A DNA stretch of 64,000 nt, taken from contig NMRA01000080.1 of NCBI GenBank assembly GCA_002633005.1, positions 401,291 through 465,290 of the forward strand, read 5' to 3'. The position numbers and the translations under genes are program-made. The stretch is from Phoronis australis. Its lineage: Eukaryota; Animalia; Phoronida. The notes beneath the pieces are model-generated. The model was given only the letters and a program-made list of their open reading frames with translations. It ran no database searches and was not told where the DNA came from. Position 1 is the first letter of the stretch. Every line of letters starts with the position of its first letter. This document shows, one piece after another, positions 24,893 to 36,384 of the stretch.

Positions 24893-25199
24893 GTATGTGT
24901 TAGTGGCCTTGTATTGTCAGTGACAAACTGAGGGCGTGTCTTGTCAAGAAATTATCGTGGTTTCCTCACAACAGTTTATAAATTAGCACACCTCGGCGTT
25001 GTAATCTTTCTAAAGTCGAGTATCCTGACATAGAAAGATGAGCACTGGTAATGGCATGTTACGTCGTGACGTCACATGTTGAGAAATGATGGGTTGTTAA
25101 TGAAGGGGCTAGAAATGTTTGCAGAATTTGGCTGAAGCTTGTGTTTGTAGGGAGTTGTGCTGGAACGAAAATAAAATAGGTGTTGGAATGCTGTGCAGT

Positions 25200-25560
25200 A
25201 TAAAGAAAAATGAAAGTCGGTACCAAAATATATTAAAATATTCCCCACGTTTCGAGTGGTAAGCTGTTTATCATGGGCATGATACAGACTGCCGAGTAGA
25301 AAGATATATACATGTAAAGTAGCACCGGTGACCGTATGCTGATACACAATAGGTAATAGGAACAATATCGGTCGCAACAACCAACAGTGGGGTACGCATA
25401 ACGTAATGATATTTATAGGCGGGTTGCCAGATGTCCACTCACAGAGAAAGTGCAAGGCCAAGTTAATTGCCAAATTAAATACCCAGTCCAAATGTTTAAA
25501 CAAGGACATGTGGTATACTATGTCACTACAAGTCTGTAATGAATAGACTGCAGTAGTTAC
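25200..25560 (+). mobile_element. Possible decayed Penelope-like GIY-YIG end in JmjC intron 7
   Basis: QRKCKAKLIAKLNTQSKCLNKD resembles the R..RE..WI..L.T..P.GLN.D terminus of PLE endonucleases. The match is weak. Confidence 0.3.
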
Positions 25561-25827
25561 AGATCCGTTTCTGTTTAGATCCTTCTCCTCATCACACATA
25601 TATCACGATAGTTTTTTAGTTTTCCCCCATTACTATGCTGTCAACTTATCACAGAAATGTCAGCATCACAAACTGTCCATAACCTTTGACCTTTGTCTTC
25701 TCAGCCCATCTTGTCCACTAGTTTTTGAGATGGAAACAAGAGTGGAAATTTGATTTCATGTTCTTACAATAACGCTAAAGAGTTGGATGGCAGTTGTTTG
25801 TTATTGAATTGATATTTCTTGTTACAG

Positions 25828-25882
25828 GCACCAGGCCAAAAACCCGAGAACTCTAAAAATACGAGGATTGCTCTGGAGGTGA
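25828..25882 (+). CDS. JmjC oxygenase, exon 8 (HQAKNPRTLKIRGLLWR*), terminal
   Basis: Acceptor GTTACAG|, phase 2 matches exon 7, TGA at 25880-25882. The eight exons sum to 1047 nt, i.e. 348 aa plus stop. Confidence 0.8.
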
Positions 25883-27259
25883 TACCAACTTACGTCCTAT
25901 TAGTTGTGCTGTGATAACTGCTTGCTGGACACCAATATAATTGGAGAATCATAGGATTTTAATGGACATGTGAATTGATGTTTGCATAGACTATGCTTTA
26001 AAAAAGCACCATTAAGAGACTTAGACCAGGCTGTCTAGGGAAGCTGCACCTAGAAGTGCAGTCACCAGATGGCATCACCATGTCATCCATAAGTTACCTG
26101 ACCTAAAATTGCCAAACATGTCATGGATATCGACAACATTTCATGAGTGTGTCGAAAAAATAGTGCGACAATTTACAAGAATGGGAAGCAGAAGTTATCA
26201 AATTAGCCGAAATGGTTGTTTGGTTTTTGATGACAAATAATTCAAGACAATGTCATGCCTTTTTTGTCTGAAAATGCCGCATCTGGTTACATGTGGAAAT
26301 AATCTGACCGGATCTAAGTAAGATAATGTGCTATTGTTGCCTTACTGTTGGTGCTCTGGGACTAATTGGGATTGACAAGCACAGGAGTTATTTGACAATT
26401 GGGGTAAACCACTCTTGACGCATTGCAACCACAGTATGCAAATTGGCGAGCTATTAAGCTACTTTCACAAAATGTGAACAAGTTATTTATCAGTGTCAAG
26501 ATAAGCAATGCTGTGTGCATGGCCATATTGAAGTTAATACTGAGGCTTTAAGACCAATCCAAAGCCAGGAATTTAGAAAGGAACCATGTGTAACTACGAC
26601 TGGAGAGTGATAAGATTTATCAGTGAGATACGTGTATGATACCCACACAATACCATGATATTTTTATCTGTATTGTTGTTTAAAGTCATGCAAATTTCAG
26701 TATACTTCTGCAGCATAGAGACATTTATTTATAAACGGAATGAACAAAACTGAAACTGGCCGGGCCTTACAGACGACGGTTCCCAAAGGTGGTGCTGCTT
26801 GGGGCTTAAGACTTGTTCACTGATTGAGCTAATGTCAACATCACTTTTACTCAGAAAAGTTAAGATGGTAATACCAATGAATGTGATGACCAAAAAAATA
26901 TAAGTAATTAAATGAAGTGTGAGTTATTTTGTATTTCTGTTGCAGCCTTGTAAGGAATTCTGACTAACTCCCACCCCCCCTCGTTCATTGCACAGTGGTA
27001 TGTGGGTGCCGTGCTTTCCACCTCCCCTCCTCCCCACGATCGCCAATAATTTCGCATTTGGCCCCACCTTTGAACTACTTCTGATTCATGTATTGTTTCG
27101 CGAGCCATTCCTCACCTGGTCTCTGAGGTTCAGGATTGGAGTTTGGTCCTCAGGTATGGAGTTTGCTCACCAGTTATGGTGCTCATTTGTAGTGATGCGT
27201 ATGATGATTCCAGAGACATTACAGGAAACAGAAAACATCAGCCATAGGTTAGTACATGA

Positions 27260-27720
27260 TAATCCTGGAGTTAGATGTTAATAAAATGACAAAAATTAAG
27301 TAAAACAAAAACATAAAAACCAAATGATAAGATACTGCAGTTGCTACAAAAATAAGATTACATGATAGAATGTGTGAACAAGTTTGAATAGTAAGATACA
27401 AGTGTAGTGGACATAATCCACTATTAAACCTTAGCCAGTCTAGATTTGACGAAACCCAAATTACTAGAATCCTTAATACTATCCTCCAATGAATTCCACA
27501 ATATGGATACACCAAATCTCAGATTATTTAACCCATATTTAATGGTATTAACACGAGGTATATCAAGTACTATATTGCCTCTCAGATAATAGGGAGATGA
27601 TCTGTGAGTAAACATCGGACATATAAGTGGGAACATAACACACAAGTCATTTATACATCAGGATAACAATAAGTTTAAATCAAGTTTTGGTAGAGGAACA
27701 TTTGATTAATCTGTTTTAAG
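27260..27720 (-). mobile_element. 3' fragment of a CR1/L2-like LINE
   Basis: YYLRGNIVLDIPRVNTIKYGLNNLRFGVSILWNSLEDSIK..F.KS.L is the typical LINE ORF2 C-terminus, followed by a T-rich UTR. Confidence 0.7.
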
Positions 27721-28354
27721 AGAACACCATAATCAACATGAAGATCAGTGATATTGAAAACCGTGACGGGATTGTGCAATTTGTACTGCGTTTGGTGTTT
27801 GATGGTCTGGGAGGCGTGGCCCTGGAATCATTTCCACCCCTGGGAATATTTTATGTTAAAAAGGTCCATAAGACACGAAAAATAAAACGTCGTTGGCATG
27901 CACGGACATGCTCCCTGTCAAAATTGTGGTTGGCTCCCCCTTACAACACGCTCAATCCGCAGTGTAAAGATTCACAGGTACTGACGCGCGTCGCGCGCTT
28001 TTCTTGCTTTTTCTGTTTTTAGAATGCCTCCGTATTTAGATTTTCATTAAATTACAATTTACATATTTAATAAACGGTACTACCGTACTCGTCGGGGTTA
28101 ACACCCAGGACCCTGAAACTGCGTTTCTTCAGGGATTTAACACTGAAGAAAAAGCTGTCAAAATCGAAAAGTGATTGAATTCATCCAAAACAGCTATGAA
28201 ACCGCGTTCCGTCTAAAAAAGAGGTAAGGAGTCTATATCCAATTAAATTTGGTCTCGACTAGTTCCTTACTCAAGTGAAAAGTGGTCTTTGGGTTTGCGA
28301 AGAACTGACAATTTCGTTATTAAAATCATGCTCGGCACGCAATATGACACGCCA

Positions 28355-29085
28355 CATAGGCGGATTTAGGGGGGGGGGGGGGGNNNNNNNNNNNNNNNNN
28401 NNNNNNNNNNNNNNNNNNNNNNNNNNNNNNNNNNNNNNNNNNNNNNNNNNNNTGAGTGACGATGAAAAAACAGAAGCTGCTGGTAAGACGTGAATTTTAA
28501 TCGAAGCCTTAGTGAATCACTCAGAAACTCGCAATACTCTCTTTGTCAAACCTTATCTTAAGACGATTTCCAAAGCAATCCCGTCATTATTGCCAACACG
28601 AAAAATGGATTTGGTCTATTGGGCATTTGAAGACTATTTCAAATACGACAAATTTGTTAAGAACTGATGGCACAAAATATAAAACGTGTAATAAGCATTA
28701 CAAAAAGAAGTAAGTTTCGCGCGCAAACGCTGTGGATCATAAACAAGTAGGTCTTTTAGCATGAGACAAGTGTTAAATCGTGGTGGTGTAGTGGTAACGC
28801 ACGCGCGCTCTATCCGTCAGGTTGTGGTTCGAGTCTTTGGTACTTGCAGTTTTTCCTGTTTGACACGTTCTCCGTTTTTTGCCTTTTTTTCTTGGATAAT
28901 ACTTCAGGAACCAAGGAAAATGCTTGATTTTTAGAGGTAAAAACAAAAAAATTTCCTGGGCGGGAGGGGGGGCAAACCCTCCCCCCATTCGGTGCTATGC
29001 GCTTCTACAATCGTTCAGTTTGCGCAAATGCTTGCAGCCGGACAAAATGTTGCCCCCCCCTTGTGATATCCTAGGTCCGCCACTG
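28355..29085 (-). mobile_element. hAT-like MITE (family B) with a 5-bp TSD (CGCCA), spanning an assembly gap
   Basis: Ends CATAGGCGGATTTAGG and CCTAGGTCCGCCACTG. CGCCA at 28350-28354 and at 29086-29090. The body is the reverse complement of 59793-60400. Confidence 0.85.
28384..28452. other. Assembly gap (N run) after a poly-G tract
   Basis: 69 N. Confidence 1.
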
Positions 29086-30499
29086 CGCCATAACAAACCA
29101 ACTTGAAGAGCCCTGCGCTCAAGCAAAAACAAACTGTCTGTTCTTTTGAAGCCCTGAAAGCGCCTCACCATTTTGACCGAGCAACAATTTGAGATCGATT
29201 TCATAGCTGTAAGTGGCTTAAATATAAAGTAAACTTGTGATCGGAGGCCGGTTTACGTATGTCCGTCTGCTTTAAGATCAAAATCGGTCACGTAATATTC
29301 CCTTCACAAAGAACTTGATTTCATCCGTTAATAACAAGAACATCTAAACCATCGGCCACTTGCGAAAACACTTGATTGAGGTCGACTTACCTCTAAAATT
29401 ACGAACTCGAAAAAAGCGTGTGTATGCGTAGTTGCCTGTAACTTGAGTTGCGCTGTCATTCGGCAACAGTTCAAGGTTGGTTGAGCGTGGTAACGATTTT
29501 AAATCTCAAAACACTTCGATTGAGAAATTAAAATTGGATGAAGTAATAAATTTTTATCGAGGGCGTGATTGTCGGCAGCAAAAGAGGGTGGATTGACGCA
29601 CGGTGGAGGAAGGGCGCTGCACTTAACAAAGAGTAAGTGCGAGATAAGCACACAAGGGCAATATACGCATACTTAATTAGCTCATTGATTGAGGTCATGT
29701 ATTCTGCTCAGTCTCTGACCCGTCATAAAACTAATTATATAACTTAACTGTTTTAATTGAGGGAGCACAACTGAAATCGGGGGTGATTTTTGACATGTTT
29801 TTTGAATTCATGGCGCAAAATCATGCTAAATCATACCTCACACCTGCGACTTCTTTGACTTTGCACGTTTTTGTGCAATCGCATAATTATGTGTATGGTA
29901 AAGCTGTGTTGTGCAGCGCCTTTAATTTATTCATCTCAACGGAAACCAATTACCCTGCCCTGATAAGCTGAGCACAGCTTAACAGTAGTTTATGACTTTC
30001 TGATGCTAAGCGTGAGATATATCATCGATAATGAGGTGCAAAACTTGTCTTCATCCTTGAAGAGAAAAAAATATTTGCTGACCACTGTTAACAAAATTAT
30101 TTTTGAAAATAACGACCAAATTACTTGGCAGCAGGGAATCTTTGTAGTCTAGTTGCCGACCCAATAGCCCCTGCAATGTTTTTTGTTGGAATATATTTAA
30201 TGTTATCATTAGAACAAGATGAGCTTGATTGCACTTTTTGCAACTTTGAGCATTTTTACGATTCAAGATGGCGGGTGCCGCCATTTTGAATCAAAGCCCA
30301 TTTCCTCATTTTCAACTAGACGACGTACAATGAGGTCATGCAAAAATCGCTTATACCATTTTCTGTGATGCATAATACATTTCTGATTTTATATTGTTGA
30401 TGCAGGGTCATTCTTAAGGCCAAACCAGAGGTCAATGGTCAAAACTTCTCAGCATCCTTCTGGTTAATTTAGTATTTCCTTTCATTCAAGAAAGAAGAT

Positions 30500-31640
30500 A
30501 ACTGGACGAGCACGATTGGATAAACATCGCGGAGGAGCTACAGAGGCATAGACATCCCTTCACTGACCAGCGTCTATAATAGCTGCAACGGCCGAGTAGT
30601 TTCAGACATCGAGATTGTTCTGAACGAACTAATCATTGGGATTTTCGGTTTCTGTGAGCAGTGAATGTTACTAAGCAATTAGGAACAAGTCAAAACAAAG
30701 GAATTGCTGAAGAAGCTTTTCGTTGTCAAGGGGAAGGTCATCTATGGCGCTGCAGTGCTGTTCAGTTGTCTGTTTCTCATAGGACAGCGACATAGCGTTG
30801 ACATAACCCATGTCTTTCAGTCCCTACACAACGAATACGACAGTCTGAGAAAGGGTGGCAAGGCTATTTAACTCTGTCACGACTCCTTCTGCTCCAGACG
30901 TGTTGCTGATTTGATGCTGACCAGCTTCTGTAACGAGGTCGCCTGGACTGTCCCTGGAGCTACAGGGAGTTTGACTTTAAGCTTCGGCTCGCGACTGGTT
31001 CCCTATTCCCCTTCTGATAAATCCATGTTGTTTGAAAGATATGACCACACAGCTCCCTGCGCAAAGGATTTTGAGAGGACAAAGCAGCGAAAAGCTATGG
31101 AGGGCCTGGTATCTGCACCTTTCTTAACCGAGCACCATCCAACAACCTTTTACGTGTATGGAGCTATCGCCTTCCACACAACATCAGGTTGGTCAAGAAG
31201 AGACACTATGCAGTTACCCATTTTGAAGCATAAGTCAGACTTTACAGGTGTATGTTGAAAGCGGTGGAAGAAGACGCCCATACCGTGAGAATCCTCAGTG
31301 AGAACACGTGATGTCTTGGTTTATGGGACATTGCGGATGCTAGCTGACCCCAGCATTCAACTGGAGAATGGAACGGTTATATTTAGCACAAAAACGGAAC
31401 AGTCTAGAGATTAGACCCCAAAAAGTGCAGTCAAATTCTCAAAATTCGCATAGTGTTAGGTTGCTACACAATATTTTATCTTTTTTTGGAAAGGAAAAGC
31501 TGGCAGACCTCATACTCTTAGAAACGAACATTCCAGAGTCGATCTGGTGTTGGGAGATTCTGGTGCGACCCTTTCTGAGTTTAGGAAAACTTCATGTGCA
31601 TTCGTCATGCCTATGTATCGGTAGACGAGTTATCAGATAG
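30500..31640 (+). mobile_element. Possible highly decayed large DNA-transposase fragment (Academ-like motifs)
   Basis: Scattered resemblances only: LNELI.GIFGFC, a frameshifted DNVDHN-like string near 30790, GWS..MQ, and VRLLHNILSFFG. Many stops. Confidence 0.25.
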
Positions 31641-31659
31641 TGAATGTATACGTTTCACT

Positions 31660-33240
31660 TAATAACACGAAATCCCTAGTTTTCTAATATTCTTGTCGAC
31701 TCTGAAATGGCTTTTAACAGCGTTCCTTGGAAATCTGTACATCCATTTCTCACTTTGGCGAAGATATTTAAGATTCAGCGGATAAAAATATCCTAAATTC
31801 TGGTTGCAACGTCTGTGTTATATGAAAGAAATACCTTTTGCGTTTTACCTTCTCGGCGAGGATGTAAGCTAAGGGACCCGAACCTTTTACTGTTTTGATG
31901 TGTGCAGAAATACTGACGCTTGTGTTATGGGAAAATAAAGTTATTAACGGACTTCATCCATGGAGTCAAAGATTATTCAAAATGCCGATGACTGTGTTCT
32001 GACGGGCAAAGAAATGTCTGAAAAAACTTTGGGTCTTTTCAATCGTTATCCCAAGTTCTCCTGTTTAATCCTAATATTTAGGTAAGTGTATCCGAATCAA
32101 GGTCAATCGCTCTTACAAAAATATTGTTTTGTCACAATAGGAAAGGAAATGGACAACCGCCCTTTTTACTGAACGTTACTAGGAGTAACATTTACTGCTG
32201 ACTTGTTCCATATTATACACAATTATAATTTTGGTCGGAAGTTTCAAGAAATCGATAGATTGATTAATGTGTAACTTAAAAGAATTAAAATTGTCCTAAA
32301 CAAGATTACAATTATTAGATCAATCTTACTTATCAAATTAGTTCTTTTTACCACCCTCCCTGCAACTCTTTCGAAAATCTAAAATTAATTTTCTATAAAT
32401 CCGGTTGGGACGAAACAAATGATAGAATAGAATAGAATTGCAAGGAAAACTTTACTGCAAGGTCACTAAATGACATGGTGGATTAGCCGAAATTGAAATC
32501 ATCGGAGTTTATATCTCCGAAAAATGATGTCATTTGCACATGTATACATTTACTCAACCAAATCTCACTCTCGTCTACCTGTTATTATAATTTCCACTTT
32601 TCTCAGGATACTGAACTTTTATTTTATTTAGCAACGAACCTGTTATAGAAGCGGCGCCCTCTTTTTTGGCTTGAGGTCAGATATTTTTATGGTTATTTCT
32701 TTGCACAAAAGACTCATATACTCAATTAAAAAGTAAATCCCAAAATCTTGTGCCTACATTGTTTCTTCTGTTACCAGCTAACGAATACTTAGCTAAATAC
32801 AAATTAGCCCATTTCAACAGTTCATAATCTATTCTCTCAAGAGATTTTCAGATATCTTCCTTTTACTCTTCATAAGTTATGATTTGAACTTTTAAATCTT
32901 GCTGAAGCCTTCAAATATTATCTAGTTTTTATTCTTACTTGTGACATGCTTTTCCACAAGTAATTGATGTTTGCATAATCTGTGAATATCTAATTTGCTG
33001 GTTACACTCAACGAGGCAACTGCTGCCCAACAGTGTCTAAATTTCGTTGTTTAAACTCTCAAAATATCCCCTCAGAATTTAAATTATGAAGGGAAAATAT
33101 AACTGTCAGCGTCACGACTAGGCATATTATTAAAGATATATTTCGCTCCTGTTTAGCTTCCATTGTTCTTAACCGAAGTGCTTTGAGGTTTAAAAGCCTC
33201 ATCTGATTTCCAATTATTATCGAATGACCCGGCAACTCAT
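31660..33240 (+). mobile_element. Decayed L1/Tx1-clade reverse transcriptase
   Basis: ILVDSEMAFNSVPW near 31690, frameshifted RGC..GDP near 31860, CAEIL, and ADD near 31985, in the expected RT order. Confidence 0.65.
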
Positions 33241-33531
33241 GGTGATGTCACAGGCAAAGTGTACGTTCTTGCGTCATTTCCGGATCCGCAATATTATTAT
33301 TGTCCAGCCCCACTAAATTCGTTTTTGAGTCGCTTGCTTATGGTTTTCGTGTTCTTGTTGGTAAAGGGAAATAGAATCCCAATTAAGTTTGATAAAATGA
33401 TTGTTTTTCACTACTTCCAGCCGATTGCAAACAGGAGAAAGAGATTGACTTCTTAAGCTAAATGCCAACTGCCTAGAGCCAACGATTTTCGTTAGAAGGT
33501 GGACATGAGCATGTGATTTACAACTATGACA

Positions 33532-33848
33532 CATAGGCGGATTTAAGGGGGGAGGCAGGGGTTCAGGAACCCCCCGCCTTCGCTGCCGCAAGCAAAATGA
33601 AACAAAAACAGCGTGAAGCGTGAGGAAATTTTGAGTTCAGTGAGCAGGACCGGCAGCGCTCAGACCAGAGATCGCAGCGGAATCGTGTTCCCGTTTTTTT
33701 CTAGTCCACCGATAGATTTTTTTAACAGAAGCTCCACATCCCCGGCCCCTGCAACTTTCGAGCCGCCTGTGTAAATACAATCGCGCTTTGTCCACTTCCT
33801 CGAGGCAACATGTTGCCCCCCCCCTTCTGGTATCCTAGATCCCCACTG
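33532..33848 (-). mobile_element. Short hAT-like MITE related to family B, with a 5-bp TSD (TGACA)
   Basis: Ends CATAGGCGGATTTAAGG and CTAGATCCCCACTG. TGACA at 33527-33531 and at 33849-33853. Confidence 0.8.
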
Positions 33849-34296
33849 TGACATACATGTATCATCAATCATTGCTGCTATCTTCTGGTGACCTTGCCGG
33901 TCGTCATATTGTATGTTGTGTCTCGTCTAAGTTACATTCATATTAATTAATTAATTAATGTTTTTTAAAACATTGATTTTAAAAACTCTAAAGCACTTCG
34001 GTTCAGAATTCAACGTTGGGAGTCAAACCTAGATTACTGTGATATCATATACCAGTCATGAGCGCATTGCTGTCATCCAATTAGATTACAATACCAGGCA
34101 CCTTTAACCATAACCGGAGCATACAAATGATCCAACACAATTAAGGTCCTAAATAGTCTCAGCTGGGGTAAACTAAACTAGCTACTTGTCGTATACTTCA
34201 CGCATCTATTTATACTTGTAAAGTCTTAAACAACATGAATAACTATTCTAATAAAATCCTGTTTGACTCTTATAAGCGGCAATGCGCTGTGACCTG

Positions 34297-34697
34297 GGCC
34301 CGGTCTCCAATCTTAGTACTCGAAACGAACTCGAAACTATTTTTTGCAATTTCTCTGCTTCTTTTGTGCGAACTTAAGATAATTGGTTATCAGGCTGTGC
34401 TCGAATACATTATAGTTTATGCATAGCAGTTTCTAGTTCAAGTTTGCCCTTGAAGACCCTTATATTCGTGCTACAAACTCGAGTAAAAACTCGAAATTTC
34501 GAGTTCAAACTCGAACTTATTGCTTAAATATTGGGTTTACAAACTGTGAACTAAGGGCAATAAATCATCTACGTAAGTTATTGTGTACTCGAGCATAGAA
34601 TAATAGACACTTATCTTGAGTTTGCCCAAAAGTAGAGTAGAAAATGCCAAACCTAATTCCGAGTTCCATTTCGAGTAAAAAGATTGGAGACCGGGAC
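34297..34697. mobile_element. Harbinger-type MITE (CTG flanks); related decayed copy at about 55920-56300
   Basis: TIR GGCCCGGTCTCCAATCTT..TACTCGAAA / TTTCGAGTAAAAAGATTGGAGACCGGGAC. Internal CTCGAGTAAAAACT is shared with the 56100 region. Confidence 0.7.
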
Positions 34698-35519
34698 CTG
34701 GACTTCGACATAGTATCTGATATTCTATTTCACCTTCCCTAGGCCAGGCCTTTCGAAGATCCACAATGATAACTTGCATTGATAACTGGAATTCCTTACC
34801 GACTAAAGTAAAAGAAAGCACTTGAATTGTCTCACTTAAGCATAACTTGAAACAGTATTCCATTGCTTTAGATTTGCCAGTGCTCTTAACATTATTTCAA
34901 CTTCCCCCAATCACGACATTGGCTCATGCAGATCAAGATGCAGATTGTTTCTAAACAGCGACACAATTTTAGGGACACTACGCCATTTTAATGGTGTGAA
35001 AACCTCCAGTCATTTGCTCGTACAGTAAAAGAAGATCAGAGAATAGAACTTTTTCAGACATTCGAACAATACCCCGATATTAACAACGCTTACTGTGAAT
35101 TCTGTCAAGTTTTGACAAAATTAAATTCTTGCTTAATGCTTATAGAAAACATGATTCCACAAACATTATAGCTCTTTTCGAAAAACTTTGCTAAATTTAT
35201 ATTAGTGGAATCATTCATTGTTTAAACTGACACAGCTTTTAAGCTGTGAAAATACCTCATTTTTACGCCGACTGTATAACATGTAATCACTTTTATTGGC
35301 AACAAATTGAACAGCAGTATAGTAAATACATATTAATATTAGTATGACTGTCCATTTTTAAATTTATAATGGTAATCTGGCATATACCAATGAAGTTATT
35401 GCTGCATTTGTATATAAACGTCGTTGAAGACACGACTGTACTTTTTGACAGGGTAGCCTACATACTCGCTCGTAGTCTCTAAACAATCTCCTATCTTCGC
35501 CGGGGCGTGCAACTATGTA

Positions 35520-35900
35520 GCAAAACACCGATAGACGTAACAGAAAAACATATTAAAACACTGCTTTCTTATATTTCGAGACCACGTGTCTCATCGTCAG
35601 GCAATAAGTGAAATGAACATATATGAGGCGAAATAAACGGTGACAGTAGGAAGAGGGTCATACAAGCAGAGATTATGAATGTATCGCACGATAGGAAGCC
35701 CACTAGCCTAACGAAACAGAGCCAACGAGCCAGCGTGTGGCACCATAATCTATGGTGGCACACACCCGTGAGCTGCTCATTTAGCACAGTTTTTTCGTGG
35801 CTGATCAATTAGTGATTCCAAAATCTTTAACCCAAATGTGTCATTTTCAACATAACGAATAATGGTCTTGCCCAGTTAGTTTACGACCGATGTTGGTGTA
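35520..35900 (-). mobile_element. 3' end of a Penelope-like element: GIY-YIG tail plus pLTR with a hammerhead-like core
   Basis: The minus strand reads GLKILESLI/ISHEKTVLNEQL (PLE motif LI.ESL.I...KP.LN.Q), then CTGACGA-T-GAGAC-ACGTG-GTCTC-GAAA at 35600-35574. Confidence 0.7.
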
Positions 35901-36384
35901 AAAATGATCTTGAATGGACCCGCCCTGCAAGTGCGTGGACAACCGTCGGGAGAGGGAACACACCGTGTGTCTAATGTAACGCGCTGCTCACGAGATTGAG
36001 AACGAAGACAGTCGTCCATATGACATGTGAATTAATAAACATTACATTTGGCCACTGGTCGTAATTTTTTCCTACTGTTTTTATGAAAAGGTGACGTGAC
36101 CTTATCTTCTAATAATAAATAACCATTACAATCAATCTATCGCCATGCCCTACCGTTATTTTTTACGATGTTCATTAATCACGTGTTGGTCACTCAGATA
36201 ATGATTAGACATAGAGTCCTTATAGTGCGTTCTTAGCAGTACGTGCTAGTACTACTTCAGTGTCCACATGACGTATTTGTTGTATTTAAAATAGTCTTCA
36301 AATGCCCAAAAGACCAAATCCGTTTTTCGTGTTGGCAATAATGTCGGGATTGCTTTGGAAATCGTCTTAAGTTAAGGTTTGGCA

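Noticed and set aside
12225-25882. Assigning a gene symbol (KDM8/JMJD5, TYW5, HIF1AN, JMJD7)
   Set aside because: Only the shared cupin-8 motifs are recognisable, and the subfamily-specific regions do not clearly match any of these.
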